Positions 36,200-46,016 of a DNA stretch of 64,000 nt are shown piece after piece. Each line of letters opens with the position of its first letter. Position 1 is the stretch's first letter. The notes beneath the pieces were generated by a model that made no database searches, was not told the origin of the DNA, and was given only the letters and a program-made list of their open reading frames with translations. The position numbers and the translations under genes are program-made. The stretch covers positions 62,001-126,000 of IMG/VR virus record IMGVR_UViG_3300042923_000601; one strand, given 5' to 3'.

Positions 36200-37390
36200 T
36201 TAACATGCGTAGATGGCGATATCCTTTCCTCGGGTTACCCCTGTATACCGAAGACGTCGCATAAAGTCCGCATCTGCTCTTGGCATATATTCATCCCAGT
36301 ATAATACCGATGGGAACTCAGACCCTTGAGCAATGTAACCTGTGATGGCGTGACCAAGCTCAAACTTGGCTCCTTTATTCCACCAATTATCAATCTTATC
36401 TGGCCCACATTCCGTCCGGAAGAAATCTACATCAATCGGTAGTCCAGCATAGTAATCCCAGTCAATATAGTCTGGACGGAAGTCAATCTTAATCGTGCGG
36501 TTACGTGTATCTATACTTCTCGGGTCTACGGCATGATGAACATAGCCTAATATCCCATTAGTCAAAGCAATATCCCCAAGCTTACGGTTCCAGTCATTCT
36601 TCCGGCAGATGATCTTATCACCCTTCACAGGAAGATTAGACTTAATGCCTAGTATTTGCCTACGGATACGATCATTGAAATAGTTCCGCATCTTGTTTGT
36701 AGCGCACACGACCATATCTACTTCCTCAAGGACAACATTGGTGATCTTATCCTTAGGAATGATAAAGGCGTTATTCTTAAACGAGTACTCCTTATTCGGT
36801 ATCTCTTGGCCGAGGCGGATTCGAGTTGCCAATTCAACAATACCCGAATCCTTTCCTTGGCGAGTGATCTCAGTCAAACTGTAATCTGGGTTCTGGAGGA
36901 AGTATGATTCCCCGAAAGGTGGACCCAGCTGGTGGATATCACCCGTGACACAAATAGGTAATCCGAATGATAACGCAACCTTGGCCATTTCAGTATCCAC
37001 AAACCCACCTTCATCAATAAAGAGCATCTTGGTGGATTTAGGTAAGAAATTCCTCTTCTTAAACGCCATAGAGGTTAGAGGTCGGCCATTCACATAAATA
37101 ATACGACCATCACTATCCGTCTTTGGCACATCAATAGTTTCCATAAGCTGAGAGTGCATGGAGTAGGCGGGCAAGCCCTTTAAACTTAAGTTAGATGCTG
37201 CCCTACCTGTGTATGCCATGCATAATACCTCGGTCTCAAGGTCAAGACCCGTTTTTCTGATCATCGGGGGTACTATGGTTGTTTTACCCGTACCCGCCGG
37301 ACCATCGTATTCAAACGTTTGCTGATTTTGCGTACGGTACCAACGTTGAAACTCGTGCATGCATTCTTTCTGGCCGTCAGTGTATTCCAT
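36200..37390 (-). CDS. dda: SF1B helicase (Dda/RecD-like)
   Basis: GPAGTGKT, FIDEG, GDIHQL, LTEITRQ, AQGSEF, YTGVTR. Start probably MEYTD at 37390, coupled to the upstream stop. Confidence 0.9.
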   Translation of the reverse strand: MEYTDGQKECMHEFQRWYRTQNQQTFEYDGPAGTGKTTIVPPMIRKTGLDLETEVLCMAYTGRAASNLSLKGLPAYSMHSQLMETIDVPKTDSDGRIIYVNGRPLTSMAFKKRNFLPKSTKMLFIDEGGFVDTEMAKVALSFGLPICVTGDIHQLGPPFGESYFLQNPDYSLTEITRQGKDSGIVELATRIRLGQEIPNKEYSFKNNAFIIPKDKITNVVLEEVDMVVCATNKMRNYFNDRIRRQILGIKSNLPVKGDKIICRKNDWNRKLGDIALTNGILGYVHHAVDPRSIDTRNRTIKIDFRPDYIDWDYYAGLPIDVDFFRTECGPDKIDNWWNKGAKFELGHAITGYIAQGSEFPSVLYWDEYMPRADADFMRRLRYTGVTRGKDIAIYAC

Positions 37391-37391
37391 A

Positions 37392-37883
37392 TTAACGTTT
37401 CTCAATCTTGTTATCAATTTGCAGGATATACCTGATAAGCCCTTTAAACGACTCGTGCCCCATTAGAGCTTTCAGAAGCAGGGCGCATTTTAATACCGAG
37501 ACATTCTTAACCCCCGTAAACTTGACTGTGCGGATGCGCCCGGTTTCGTCTTCGATGATCTTAAGCTCCCCATCGAACTTACCATCTGCAGCAGGCCGGT
37601 CGGTAAATACCGTTTCACAGTCCTGGATATGGGAAAACATATTAATGAAGAACTCTGAGTGTGCCTGGTTTACAAATGGCCTTGCAACAACACCCGAGTT
37701 CATTGCCGATAGGTATGATTTATATTCAGGCAAGATGAGGGGTTTATCCTTATATTGCAAGGGCCTAAAGCCCATCTCAAGCAGCTGGAAGTTAGAGCCG
37801 ATTTCAACATCCAAAAGATCAACAATCATTTTCGTCAGGTCGTATTCTTTGATGTGTACAAATCCTTTTTTCGTCTTATTCAT
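37392..37883 (-). CDS. Hypothetical protein
   Basis: ORF coupled to dda; start at 37883 has an AAAGGA SD. Confidence 0.55.
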   Translation of the reverse strand: MNKTKKGFVHIKEYDLTKMIVDLLDVEIGSNFQLLEMGFRPLQYKDKPLILPEYKSYLSAMNSGVVARPFVNQAHSEFFINMFSHIQDCETVFTDRPAADGKFDGELKIIEDETGRIRTVKFTGVKNVSVLKCALLLKALMGHESFKGLIRYILQIDNKIEKR

Positions 37884-37913
37884 TATTATCGATCCTTTCA
37901 AGGAGGTTTTAGT

Positions 37914-38261
37914 ATGTTACCTAAGTATAGTAGTTTAGATGTACGTGAGTATATGGTTGGTGTAGCGGTTCAGAGTTTCTCTGGATCAAGCAGTACAGTC
38001 AACGTTCACGTACCAGCTGTGATGCCTGACAAATCCCCCAGTTCATCTGGGCAAACCTCTGCCATTCCATCCTCACTTCTCGTATCACGAGAGAATATCG
38101 CGGTGGCTGGTAGTGTTAACAACCTGAATTATATCCAGGCTAAGATTTCTGATGCATTCCGCATGGTATATGCGAATAGGGTTTTCCCCCAAGGGTCTAA
38201 GGTGCGTATTTATTGCCCTGACCTTAATTTGAATGACGCCACCGTCGTCCCTATCACATAA
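37914..38261 (+). CDS. Probable baseplate/tail structural protein (OB-fold-like, tentative)
   Basis: Start MLPK at 37914 (AGGAGG SD), beta-rich, upstream of a gp53-like gene. Confidence 0.4.
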   Translation: MLPKYSSLDVREYMVGVAVQSFSGSSSTVNVHVPAVMPDKSPSSSGQTSAIPSSLLVSRENIAVAGSVNNLNYIQAKISDAFRMVYANRVFPQGSKVRIYCPDLNLNDATVVPIT

Positions 38262-38273
38262 GGAGGTATTCTG

Positions 38274-38657
38274 ATGGCCGCAAAGACTCTTGATGAATAT
38301 ATTGAGCAGACGAACAGAGATTTCTTCAATCTGCGTAAGACGTCAGTATTACTGACAGTTGACGGTTTTGAGACCATCCAGCGTAATGTACTGGAGGACT
38401 ACCTGCCTATTATCACTTCTCGGGCCGTAACGGTTACATTAACCGCAGCTGATATGAAGAAGTACTGGTATAAGCCTAGACTGCTGTCGAAGGTAATCTA
38501 CAATACAGAGAACCTGTATTATCTGATCCTTCAACTTAATAACCTCACAGTGGAAACCTTTACTCCTACGCAACTGATTCTTCTTGACCAGTCCAGCAGG
38601 GAAATTATTGAGAATATCATCAATAAAGAGATCAATCAAGGCACAATTACAGGATGA
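38274..38657 (+). CDS. Baseplate wedge protein, T4 gp53/LysM-like
   Basis: KPRLLSKVIYNTENLYYLILQLNNL pattern is typical of gp53/LysM-like baseplate proteins. Confidence 0.65.
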   Translation: MAAKTLDEYIEQTNRDFFNLRKTSVLLTVDGFETIQRNVLEDYLPIITSRAVTVTLTAADMKKYWYKPRLLSKVIYNTENLYYLILQLNNLTVETFTPTQLILLDQSSREIIENIINKEINQGTITG

Positions 38658-38665
38658 TGGTGGGA

Positions 38666-40588
38666 TTACCCCACCATCTCCTTTTGTTTTTGTCTATGAC
38701 GGTCATGAATAAATGATAGCACGATGCGGCCTTGAGTGTCGCGTACATATGCTCCTTTCGTATTCTCAGCAAACACCTTCTCAAAGGTGACAGCTGCAGA
38801 TTCATCACTGACCTTAGCGGTCTTATTTTCCATCCGTTTACGGATTCTAAAGGACTCTTCGATGGTATTAAAGTTAACAGTATCAGATTGAACCTCAATA
38901 ACCTGCTCTTGACGTTGGTTCGTAGGAAGTTCCTTACGTTCGCGCATCGAGCGATTTTTCTTGGTTACATTCTCGTTCATGTTATCATCAAGAGTTATTC
39001 GAGACAGAGGTTCAGCCAGATGGATATCGTCCATAAGCTTAATTCCGTTCTCAGGGTCAAATGGATGAGCCACATAGGACTCGAACATCTTCTTCTTATT
39101 CTTCTTCTTGAACTTCCCTGACTTACCACGGAATTTGATTTTCAGGAAGCACATATACTCGTTTCCATCTGTATCTTCTTCACGATGTACAAAGAAGGCC
39201 GCGTCAAGGTTCTTAAGCATCGCCCATGACTCGGAGATTGCACCCCGACCCAGTGAGCGAATGACGTCTGTCCGGTTACCTTCAACTTGAGAGTCGATAG
39301 TATCCGAACCTTTACGGTTGATCTGGCCTGCACCGATAACTGGAATTTGAAGGCGTTTGGACAACACGGCATAATCGTTAGCCACTTGTGCCAATTCCAG
39401 ACGAAGGTCAGGTAGGTTTGCAGATGAGCGAATACGTTCAATATAGTCATGGACAAGCGCGATAACTTCTCGTCCAGTATCTTCGATATCTTCAATGATG
39501 GAGTAGATGTCAACCGTGGAGATTTCCTTATCGTCATAGTACTTGATGATAAAGTCAATATCATCCTTGGTTGTGAGTTTGAACCCGCCTTTTGTTCTGA
39601 GTAAGTGAACCACTTCTTCTGGAGTGTAGTTAGACAGCTCATCAGCGGTAACGGTCATATTGAATAGCCGTTCCAGTGTTTCTGCGAGCGAGTTCTCCTG
39701 AGTGATATACAGAATTGCGGGTCTTGCTGTAGGGTCCTTTGGTACAACCTTATTATGGTTTCTAAGCCATTCACAGATGTTCAGGAGGACAACTGACTTA
39801 CCGACACCCGGTAAGCCAAAAAAGAGGAATGCACGAGCTGCTTCAAATCCTCCACCTAGTAATTCATTAATGGCTTGTGACCCTGTCTGTAGTCGGTTAC
39901 GAGGTGATTGTAATCGTTCAATTAACACCTTAGCTACCGACTCAAAGTTACCATCTGACAGGTCAAGGGTCATCATTTCATCATTGAAGTTCTCACTGGT
40001 TCGAATATCGTGCAGCATATCAATCAGGAGTTGCTTGAACCCCTGATTCCATTCACGAATAGACGTATAGTTAGATGCTTCAAGGTCTTCATACATTTTG
40101 AATACGGCTTCTTGATATCCAAACGCGAAGCCATTGGTTAACTTATCGGCGATCTTCAGATTCAAGTGATGTACCGCGCGGCTATTAAGCTTCACCTGAT
40201 TAATTTCAGGTACAACTTCTTCGCGGATCATCTCTGGGTTATCACAGTGCTCCATTGCATAGCTCAGCATCAACTTGCGGTTATTAAGACCTTCCGCAAG
40301 CCGAGCTGTCAGGAGCATGTCAAGGAAATTGATACGGGCTTTAATCCCCTGATTTCGTTTATACACATTCACATTGACCATTTGGACAAGCGAGTGTAAG
40401 TTAATCAGAGCAGCCCGGGTGATATGGGCTGATGTTACATCATATGCAAAGGCAATGAAGTTATCTAGTGTCTCAATATCGAAAGGAATTGGAACTTTCT
40501 TAAACCGGATACCCGGATGTGGCTTTATTTTTCCCGCAGTACCGTTTGCGACGGCAGCCATAAAGTCCTGCTCTTCGACCTGTATCAT
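38666..40588 (-). CDS. dnaB: DnaB-like replicative helicase
   Basis: FGLPGVGKS, HDYIE, GAGQINR and ISESWAML (SF4 motifs). Confidence 0.88.
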   Translation of the reverse strand: MIQVEEQDFMAAVANGTAGKIKPHPGIRFKKVPIPFDIETLDNFIAFAYDVTSAHITRAALINLHSLVQMVNVNVYKRNQGIKARINFLDMLLTARLAEGLNNRKLMLSYAMEHCDNPEMIREEVVPEINQVKLNSRAVHHLNLKIADKLTNGFAFGYQEAVFKMYEDLEASNYTSIREWNQGFKQLLIDMLHDIRTSENFNDEMMTLDLSDGNFESVAKVLIERLQSPRNRLQTGSQAINELLGGGFEAARAFLFFGLPGVGKSVVLLNICEWLRNHNKVVPKDPTARPAILYITQENSLAETLERLFNMTVTADELSNYTPEEVVHLLRTKGGFKLTTKDDIDFIIKYYDDKEISTVDIYSIIEDIEDTGREVIALVHDYIERIRSSANLPDLRLELAQVANDYAVLSKRLQIPVIGAGQINRKGSDTIDSQVEGNRTDVIRSLGRGAISESWAMLKNLDAAFFVHREEDTDGNEYMCFLKIKFRGKSGKFKKKNKKKMFESYVAHPFDPENGIKLMDDIHLAEPLSRITLDDNMNENVTKKNRSMRERKELPTNQRQEQVIEVQSDTVNFNTIEESFRIRKRMENKTAKVSDESAAVTFEKVFAENTKGAYVRDTQGRIVLSFIHDRHRQKQKEMVG

Positions 40589-40601
40589 TAGTTAATCCTC
40601 C

Positions 40602-41762
40602 CTATAGTAAATCGTCCGAGTGGAGAAGTATCTTTAGTTTTTCCAGCGGAATATCTTCAGCATATTCCTCTTTAATGTATCGCTGGAGTTTCTCCTCAAA
40701 CGGAATGCTTTTATCGATCAAATACTTCTTGCTTTCGTCAATAGAACTCTCGACGGAGTCTATCAACTCAGCTTCTTTCTTACTAAGTGCTTTCAGTTTA
40801 ATTTTAGTCACTCTGCTGTCCCGGTTAAGATAAGACCTTATAATCTGGAGCTTGGCAAGATTTGCATCGCTTGCCGTGTAGGTTAACTCCAGTGTCAAAC
40901 GGTCTACCCGAAACTCGCTCACGAACTTACTGATGCGTTTAATAATCTCATCTGCATCGTATTTGTCGAATACATGATGTTTAATCTCATACAGGTTGAA
41001 GTTCAGAGCCAGGTCGTTAATCACTCGCTCTGCAATATACTCACCTGTCTGCGGGATGTATGCGGTAAGCATCCATCCTTTATCGCCCTCTTCGGCATGG
41101 GCGAACCGTTCAAACGAGCTGATGTAGTATAAGCGCTTCTGGATTTGCATATAGGTATGAATATGGCCAAATAGAATTGGCCCCTTACACATCCGAAGAA
41201 GTTGCTTAGTATTGTATATGATATTCTTAGTAATAGCGTGCTCGGACTCCTGTTTCATGAACTGAGTTTCCGTTACACTCCCATGCCCCAGTATCATATC
41301 GAAATGATTATCTGGGTATTCATAGATCGCAGCCTCATCTTCGGGCTTAATATGAATATCGGGAAGGCAGTAGAACCGCATTCCCTTTGTTTCGATAATA
41401 GTCGGCTCCTCCGCAAAGTATATTTCAACCTTATCGCGGTAGTGCTTGACGTTATCCATCTGATCGTTGTCATGGGATATTGTCCCCTTTACAACGATAA
41501 CAACCGCACCTTTCGTCTGTGCGATCTCAATAACCGTGTCAAAAAGCCAAATGTATACTTCCGCATACTTTGAGTTGAAAGAGAATGCGAGGTCAGCCAC
41601 ATCTCCATTTATCGTGATATAATCGAGGATAGCCATCGCTCGGATGGGCTTAATAAATCTTTCATATAGACGGTGCTTAAGGTCTTCTGCAGGTATTGCC
41701 TTTACGCCCAAATGAATGTCAGCAATATGGGCTCCTATGCGTATTCGATCGCGGTAGGTCAC
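40602..41762 (-). CDS. sbcD: SbcD/Mre11 (T4 gp47)-like nuclease
   Basis: Calcineurin-like motifs ADIHLG, NGDVAD, GHG and GHIH. Confidence 0.85.
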   Translation of the reverse strand: MTYRDRIRIGAHIADIHLGVKAIPAEDLKHRLYERFIKPIRAMAILDYITINGDVADLAFSFNSKYAEVYIWLFDTVIEIAQTKGAVVIVVKGTISHDNDQMDNVKHYRDKVEIYFAEEPTIIETKGMRFYCLPDIHIKPEDEAAIYEYPDNHFDMILGHGSVTETQFMKQESEHAITKNIIYNTKQLLRMCKGPILFGHIHTYMQIQKRLYYISSFERFAHAEEGDKGWMLTAYIPQTGEYIAERVINDLALNFNLYEIKHHVFDKYDADEIIKRISKFVSEFRVDRLTLELTYTASDANLAKLQIIRSYLNRDSRVTKIKLKALSKKEAELIDSVESSIDESKKYLIDKSIPFEEKLQRYIKEEYAEDIPLEKLKILLHSDDLL

Positions 41763-41888
41763 AGCTTCTCATCTCCCAATAAGGTGTGATCTGAAATTTA
41801 CTCTTAATATCTTGTCAGCGCCTTATTTTATTTTCTTTCCGAGGTAAAAAAAAGAGAGCAACGCGGGCTCTCTTTTGAGTATATAAAA

Positions 41889-42173
41889 TTAGTACCCAAC
41901 ACGCTCATTCAAGAGCTTTGTTACATACCGGATCAGCATCACTTCATAATTACCTGAGCGAAACTCATAGAACTGCAGGTTGCTATGCGTGATAAGATTG
42001 CCATTGCCCTCAGTAATCAGTTTCTTCACGCTTGCTTTAGCACTATTAATGTCGCTCCATTCGGCATCTGTAAATTGTGCCTTGTCCTGATCAACATCAG
42101 TGTTTAGGTAAAGTTCAACGAAATCCCGTGGGATCAGTAACGTGCGATAAGTAGGGTTGCATGCAATAGACAT
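41889..42173 (-). CDS. Hypothetical protein (94 aa)
   Basis: ORF with GGAGG SD, followed by a terminator hairpin at 41845-41880. Confidence 0.55.
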   Translation of the reverse strand: MSIACNPTYRTLLIPRDFVELYLNTDVDQDKAQFTDAEWSDINSAKASVKKLITEGNGNLITHSNLQFYEFRSGNYEVMLIRYVTKLLNERVGY

Positions 42174-42245
42174 AATTCATACCTCCGAGTTAGTTAGGTT
42201 TATGGTATAAGAGTTAAGGGCTCCTATATAAGCGAGCCCATTATA

Positions 42246-42593
42246 CTAGAAGCCGTTGCTTCTGGTGTAGATGCTGCTGATTTCGGTACGCTGATTAAAG
42301 TCAGGTGCACCCGGCCCAATGATAACAGGAGCCATCACATTCATGAAATAAGGCAATGCTACCTCATGCTTCATGAATGTATTTGTAAGAGTGGTGAAGG
42401 TTTCACCGTGTTCATTAGTGGATTCCTTCCGGTCTACACCAGCAGGATAATAAATCTCCACGTTCTCACCCTGTTGTCGAACGTTCACGGCTTCCCGTGC
42501 TCCGTCCCACTGGGTGATAATTGCTCTGTTATACTCATACCGACGCATAGCAGATTTAATTGCGATATTGTGAATCAGGTTAGGTGTTTGCAT
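42246..42593 (-). CDS. Hypothetical protein (115 aa)
   Basis: ORF with GGAGG SD. Confidence 0.55.
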   Translation of the reverse strand: MQTPNLIHNIAIKSAMRRYEYNRAIITQWDGAREAVNVRQQGENVEIYYPAGVDRKESTNEHGETFTTLTNTFMKHEVALPYFMNVMAPVIIGPGAPDFNQRTEISSIYTRSNGF

Positions 42594-42720
42594 TATAAAG
42601 TACCTCCGGTATAGTAGGGTTCTGAATAAGCTTGTACTTATTCGTGATTATGATATATAGCCGGGGTATAGCAAAATTACGGATAAACCCACAGCGTATG
42701 ATAACGCTGTGGGTAGATGA

Positions 42721-43176
42721 TTATAAACGAATAAGTCCGATTGTAGAAGGTACTTTGTTAGAGTACACGATGTTTTCAATGACACTCACAACAGCCTTGA
42801 CTTCCTTATTATCTGATATACGGATCAGTCGAAGCTCGTGGATATTACCTTTAGCGCATTTGCGATGTACTCTATCACCATATTGTGATACCCGAACGAA
42901 TGGTTGGGCTGCAAGATAATCAAATTTTTCGATTGAGTCTGTGTTCCGCAGCTCTTCAACAATATAACCGTCAACCCGCCGCTCGATACGGTAATCGTCC
43001 AACTCTACACCTATTCTCTCTAGAATCTCGGTTCTTAGTTGGGCAACACGATTATATCGGTCGGAACCCGGGACACGGCACTCTTCATACTCACCCAGAA
43101 GCAGATCGACAATATCAGATGAATCAACATCTTCCGGTGATACTGCATCATACGACTTTACCAATTGGTCTGCCAT
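42721..43176 (-). CDS. Hypothetical protein
   Basis: Start moved to MADQ at 43176 (GGGGG SD); terminator hairpin at 42686-42715. Confidence 0.5.
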   Translation of the reverse strand: MADQLVKSYDAVSPEDVDSSDIVDLLLGEYEECRVPGSDRYNRVAQLRTEILERIGVELDDYRIERRVDGYIVEELRNTDSIEKFDYLAAQPFVRVSQYGDRVHRKCAKGNIHELRLIRISDNKEVKAVVSVIENIVYSNKVPSTIGLIRL

Positions 43177-43246
43177 TTTTAATTTCCCCCTAAGGTTATT
43201 TATAACCATGTTGCCTGAACACTCCCCAGTGTAGGTCATGGCTAGA

Positions 43247-43690
43247 TTACCAGTTTATCTTACGCTTAGGCATTTTATCTATACATATCTGTATCGTGAT
43301 GTCGGTGTCTGCAAACACTGTCTGGATCAGTTTTGACACTGTATCCCAGTCTAGTTTATCTAGATTACACCCAATCGTGGCCATAGCCAAATGGGTAATG
43401 CCATTTTCAAGGACCTGTGTCTTCATTAGTAGTAGCGATGCGGCGAGTGTCTTGTACGTTGGCTTCATATAGTAGAGTTTTTTCGTTACAAGATTGAACA
43501 CCCGACCGACTAAGATGCAGTCTGGGTATGTATGGTCTCCAATTTCATTGAGCTGGCGTTTTAAATCAAATAATCTCTCAAAGTCAACGGCGATTCCAGC
43601 GCCGAGCTTATAATCTGAGCTGACACAGTGTGTCAGATAAAAATGGTCAGGTACATCAAATAGGTCCATATATACCACACGGTATTCCAT
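43247..43690 (-). CDS. TARG1/OARD1(Poa1)-like macrodomain, ADP-ribose glycohydrolase
   Basis: DLF..HCVSSDYKLGAGIAVDF..LVTK..KPTY..IGCNLDKLDW matches the TARG1 pattern, including the catalytic Lys (LxTK) and Asp (LD). Confidence 0.88.
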   Translation of the reverse strand: MEYRVVYMDLFDVPDHFYLTHCVSSDYKLGAGIAVDFERLFDLKRQLNEIGDHTYPDCILVGRVFNLVTKKLYYMKPTYKTLAASLLLMKTQVLENGITHLAMATIGCNLDKLDWDTVSKLIQTVFADTDITIQICIDKMPKRKINW

Positions 43691-43786
43691 ATATTTCCCT
43701 CCTCAATACCAAGTTCAGGGAGAGATAAAATTAGATTGGCCAATATACAGACTTTTACATTTCATGAAGTCGAGAAAACCGTACTG

Positions 43787-44518
43787 TCACATGGACAGTA
43801 CGGGCTCTTCATTTTTCTTTTTAATCAGGTCAATATTCCAGTATGATTGGTTAATATAATACCAGCTGTGGTAGAAGTCTACAAGTTCTTTAAAGCATTT
43901 CCGGTACATTGTCATTTCGTCTGGGTCGTCACATATTTTAACCTGCGCCTCACGACCAGATTTCTTGTCGAGCAACACAACCATGTACTGCTCAACTTCA
44001 ATACCATAGGTTTCCCATAAAAGAAGGTCATAACCTGCGATCTGAAGGAACATGGACGGGTAGAACGCCTTACTTGTCTTATAGTCGCCGATGGTTCGTT
44101 TTCCTTTAAACCGGGTAAGGGCATCGAGTGTGCCACCATACCGCTTACCACTCATCTGCATCTCTGTCTGTTCAAATACCCAGTCATGTTTGACCTTGTT
44201 ATAGAACTGCAGAAATGATGCGAATGCGTTTTTAACACATATCCGTTCTACCGGATTAAGCGCTTCAACAGGGTCGATTGCATACCGGTTATGTACCGTG
44301 TATTCTTCAATTAATGCATGTGTATGGGTACCGATGGTACCGGCAATATCCAGCTGCGACTTAACACTCTTCTTATTAAACCCTAACCAATTTGCCCAGT
44401 GGATAAGTTCCGGCTTATTAATGATCGATAGTATAGTAGTGATAGATGGAACGATTTCGCCACTGGTATTCTTGTAGACGGTGTGATCACGAAGTTCAGT
44501 AAACATAGGTTTTCCCAT
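43787..44518 (-). CDS. PD-(D/E)XK (Cas4/exonuclease-like) nuclease
   Basis: VPSITTILS, GTHTHALIE, YGGTLDA, GDYKTS, QIAGY. Confidence 0.82.
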   Translation of the reverse strand: MGKPMFTELRDHTVYKNTSGEIVPSITTILSIINKPELIHWANWLGFNKKSVKSQLDIAGTIGTHTHALIEEYTVHNRYAIDPVEALNPVERICVKNAFASFLQFYNKVKHDWVFEQTEMQMSGKRYGGTLDALTRFKGKRTIGDYKTSKAFYPSMFLQIAGYDLLLWETYGIEVEQYMVVLLDKKSGREAQVKICDDPDEMTMYRKCFKELVDFYHSWYYINQSYWNIDLIKKKNEEPVLSM

Positions 44519-44622
44519 TATGACATCCTCCTAAAAGTATACGGTAATCTGTAGTTGGTACCAGAATCATTTGGTAGTTGGACATTAAAATATAACCTAT
44601 TAATAGAAAGGTGGCAATTCAA

Positions 44623-45279
44623 ATGGATGTTAAGGGAACGCTTAAATTAATTCAAGAAGGCGCTAGTATGGAGGAACTTCAAGAAGCCTCTGAACAGGAA
44701 GACCGCGATCTGATTACTGAAGCCGTTATGGACATCTTCATTTCCGAGACCAACTGCTCATTCCTGACGGAATCTGCTACGGGTGGTCTTGACCTCGTTG
44801 GTGTATTTAACGAGGCCGCATCCGATTCTCCGGGATTCTGGTCAAAATTAAAACAAAACCTTGGTTACCTTGTATCCTCGTTCGATCCATATGACGGTAT
44901 CCGTCAGCTTCGTTTGGTGAATGAGTTGATTAAGGATGACCAAGTTGAGGCTGCGGCTAATCGGACTGGCGATGTGTTTAAACATGATGACCCAACCACG
45001 AACAAGCAGCTTCTTGCAAATCAATTGATCTCTGCAACATCACTGGCTGTCACAGTATACTCTAAGGCTTCCAAGTATAAGAACTTCGACCCTGATCTGG
45101 CTAAGAAGTACATCAAGGAAGCTGAAATCTTCCATGACAAACTTGTTGATCTCCGCGATGCTGCTATCAAAGCAGGCAACAAGACCCTGGGCAAGCGTTA
45201 CAACCGCCAAGCGAACCGTCTGCATATCCATATCAACACCTTTGAGTCCCGTGCCATTAATAAAGCAAAATTTGTGTAG
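44623..45279 (+). CDS. Probable internal head protein with acidic propeptide
   Basis: MDVKGTLKLIQEG, then LQEA, ITEA, LTES and FNEA sites, followed by a basic helical region. Confidence 0.55.
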   Translation: MDVKGTLKLIQEGASMEELQEASEQEDRDLITEAVMDIFISETNCSFLTESATGGLDLVGVFNEAASDSPGFWSKLKQNLGYLVSSFDPYDGIRQLRLVNELIKDDQVEAAANRTGDVFKHDDPTTNKQLLANQLISATSLAVTVYSKASKYKNFDPDLAKKYIKEAEIFHDKLVDLRDAAIKAGNKTLGKRYNRQANRLHIHINTFESRAINKAKFV

Positions 45280-45325
45280 GCATGGTCGAACAGGTAAGTA
45301 ATCTATAAATAAGGAGGATTTACCC

Positions 45326-46015
45326 ATGGATAAACTGGAACAAATCAAAGCATTACTGACTGAATCAAGCGATGAAAGCGTAGCTGCTAAAATTAGAGCT
45401 ATTATGACTGAAGGCAGCAAAGAGGCTGATGAAGATACTGAGCCTGCGGATCACGAGGATGTTCTCCCGGATGAGCTGACAGATGCTGATGACCTCGAAA
45501 AACTGTTTGCCGAGGCGTCGTTCGATATTCTCGTTGCTGAAACCTCATTGAAGCCGCTGCAGGAATCCATTACTAATGGAGCAACACTGTCTGACCTTAT
45601 CACAGAAGCTGCTGCTGCAGACGGCGAACCTGGAAAGGTAAAAGCTGCGCTTGATAAAATCAAAGACAAGCTCAGATCGCTGGCTAACACTTCTGACCCT
45701 AACACTGCTATCAAAGAATTGCAGCTGGCTCGTCGTAGTCTGGCTGAAAACTTGGGCGTTTGGGGAGCTGCTGGCGCAAGTTTCTACTTCTTGGGCCCAC
45801 TTATCGGTTTATTCATGACTGTTATCGCCGCGAATATCGCAACCAAGTCGATCAGCCAGGACACCCTGAAAGCGTATATCGCTGAGGCCAAGGCGCTGCT
45901 CGCTACACTCGAAAAGGCAAAAGAAAAGGCCGATGTTAGTCAGGCTGCTGTGTTGACTAAGAAAATCAGCAAGCTTAAGAAGCTGATTAGCACACACGAA
46001 AGACGACTGAGATAA
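45326..46015 (+). CDS. Probable internal head protein with hydrophobic hairpin
   Basis: Acidic N-half with LTES, MTEG, LQES and ITEA; hydrophobic LGVWGAAGASFYFLGPLIGLFMTVIAA; basic tail. Confidence 0.55.
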   Translation: MDKLEQIKALLTESSDESVAAKIRAIMTEGSKEADEDTEPADHEDVLPDELTDADDLEKLFAEASFDILVAETSLKPLQESITNGATLSDLITEAAAADGEPGKVKAALDKIKDKLRSLANTSDPNTAIKELQLARRSLAENLGVWGAAGASFYFLGPLIGLFMTVIAANIATKSISQDTLKAYIAEAKALLATLEKAKEKADVSQAAVLTKKISKLKKLISTHERRLR

Positions 46016-46016
46016 T

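Noticed and set aside
36461-36493. IKIDFRPDYI in Dda as a full member of the LVFKPEY tag family
   Set aside because: Internal to a folded helicase domain rather than a terminal extension; mentioned only as a weak match.
8724-40588. Group I introns or inteins in the RNAP, topoisomerase, helicase or terminase genes (common in AR9-like phages)
   Set aside because: The ORFs are continuous and of expected size; no intein N/C-terminal splice motifs or homing endonuclease motifs seen.
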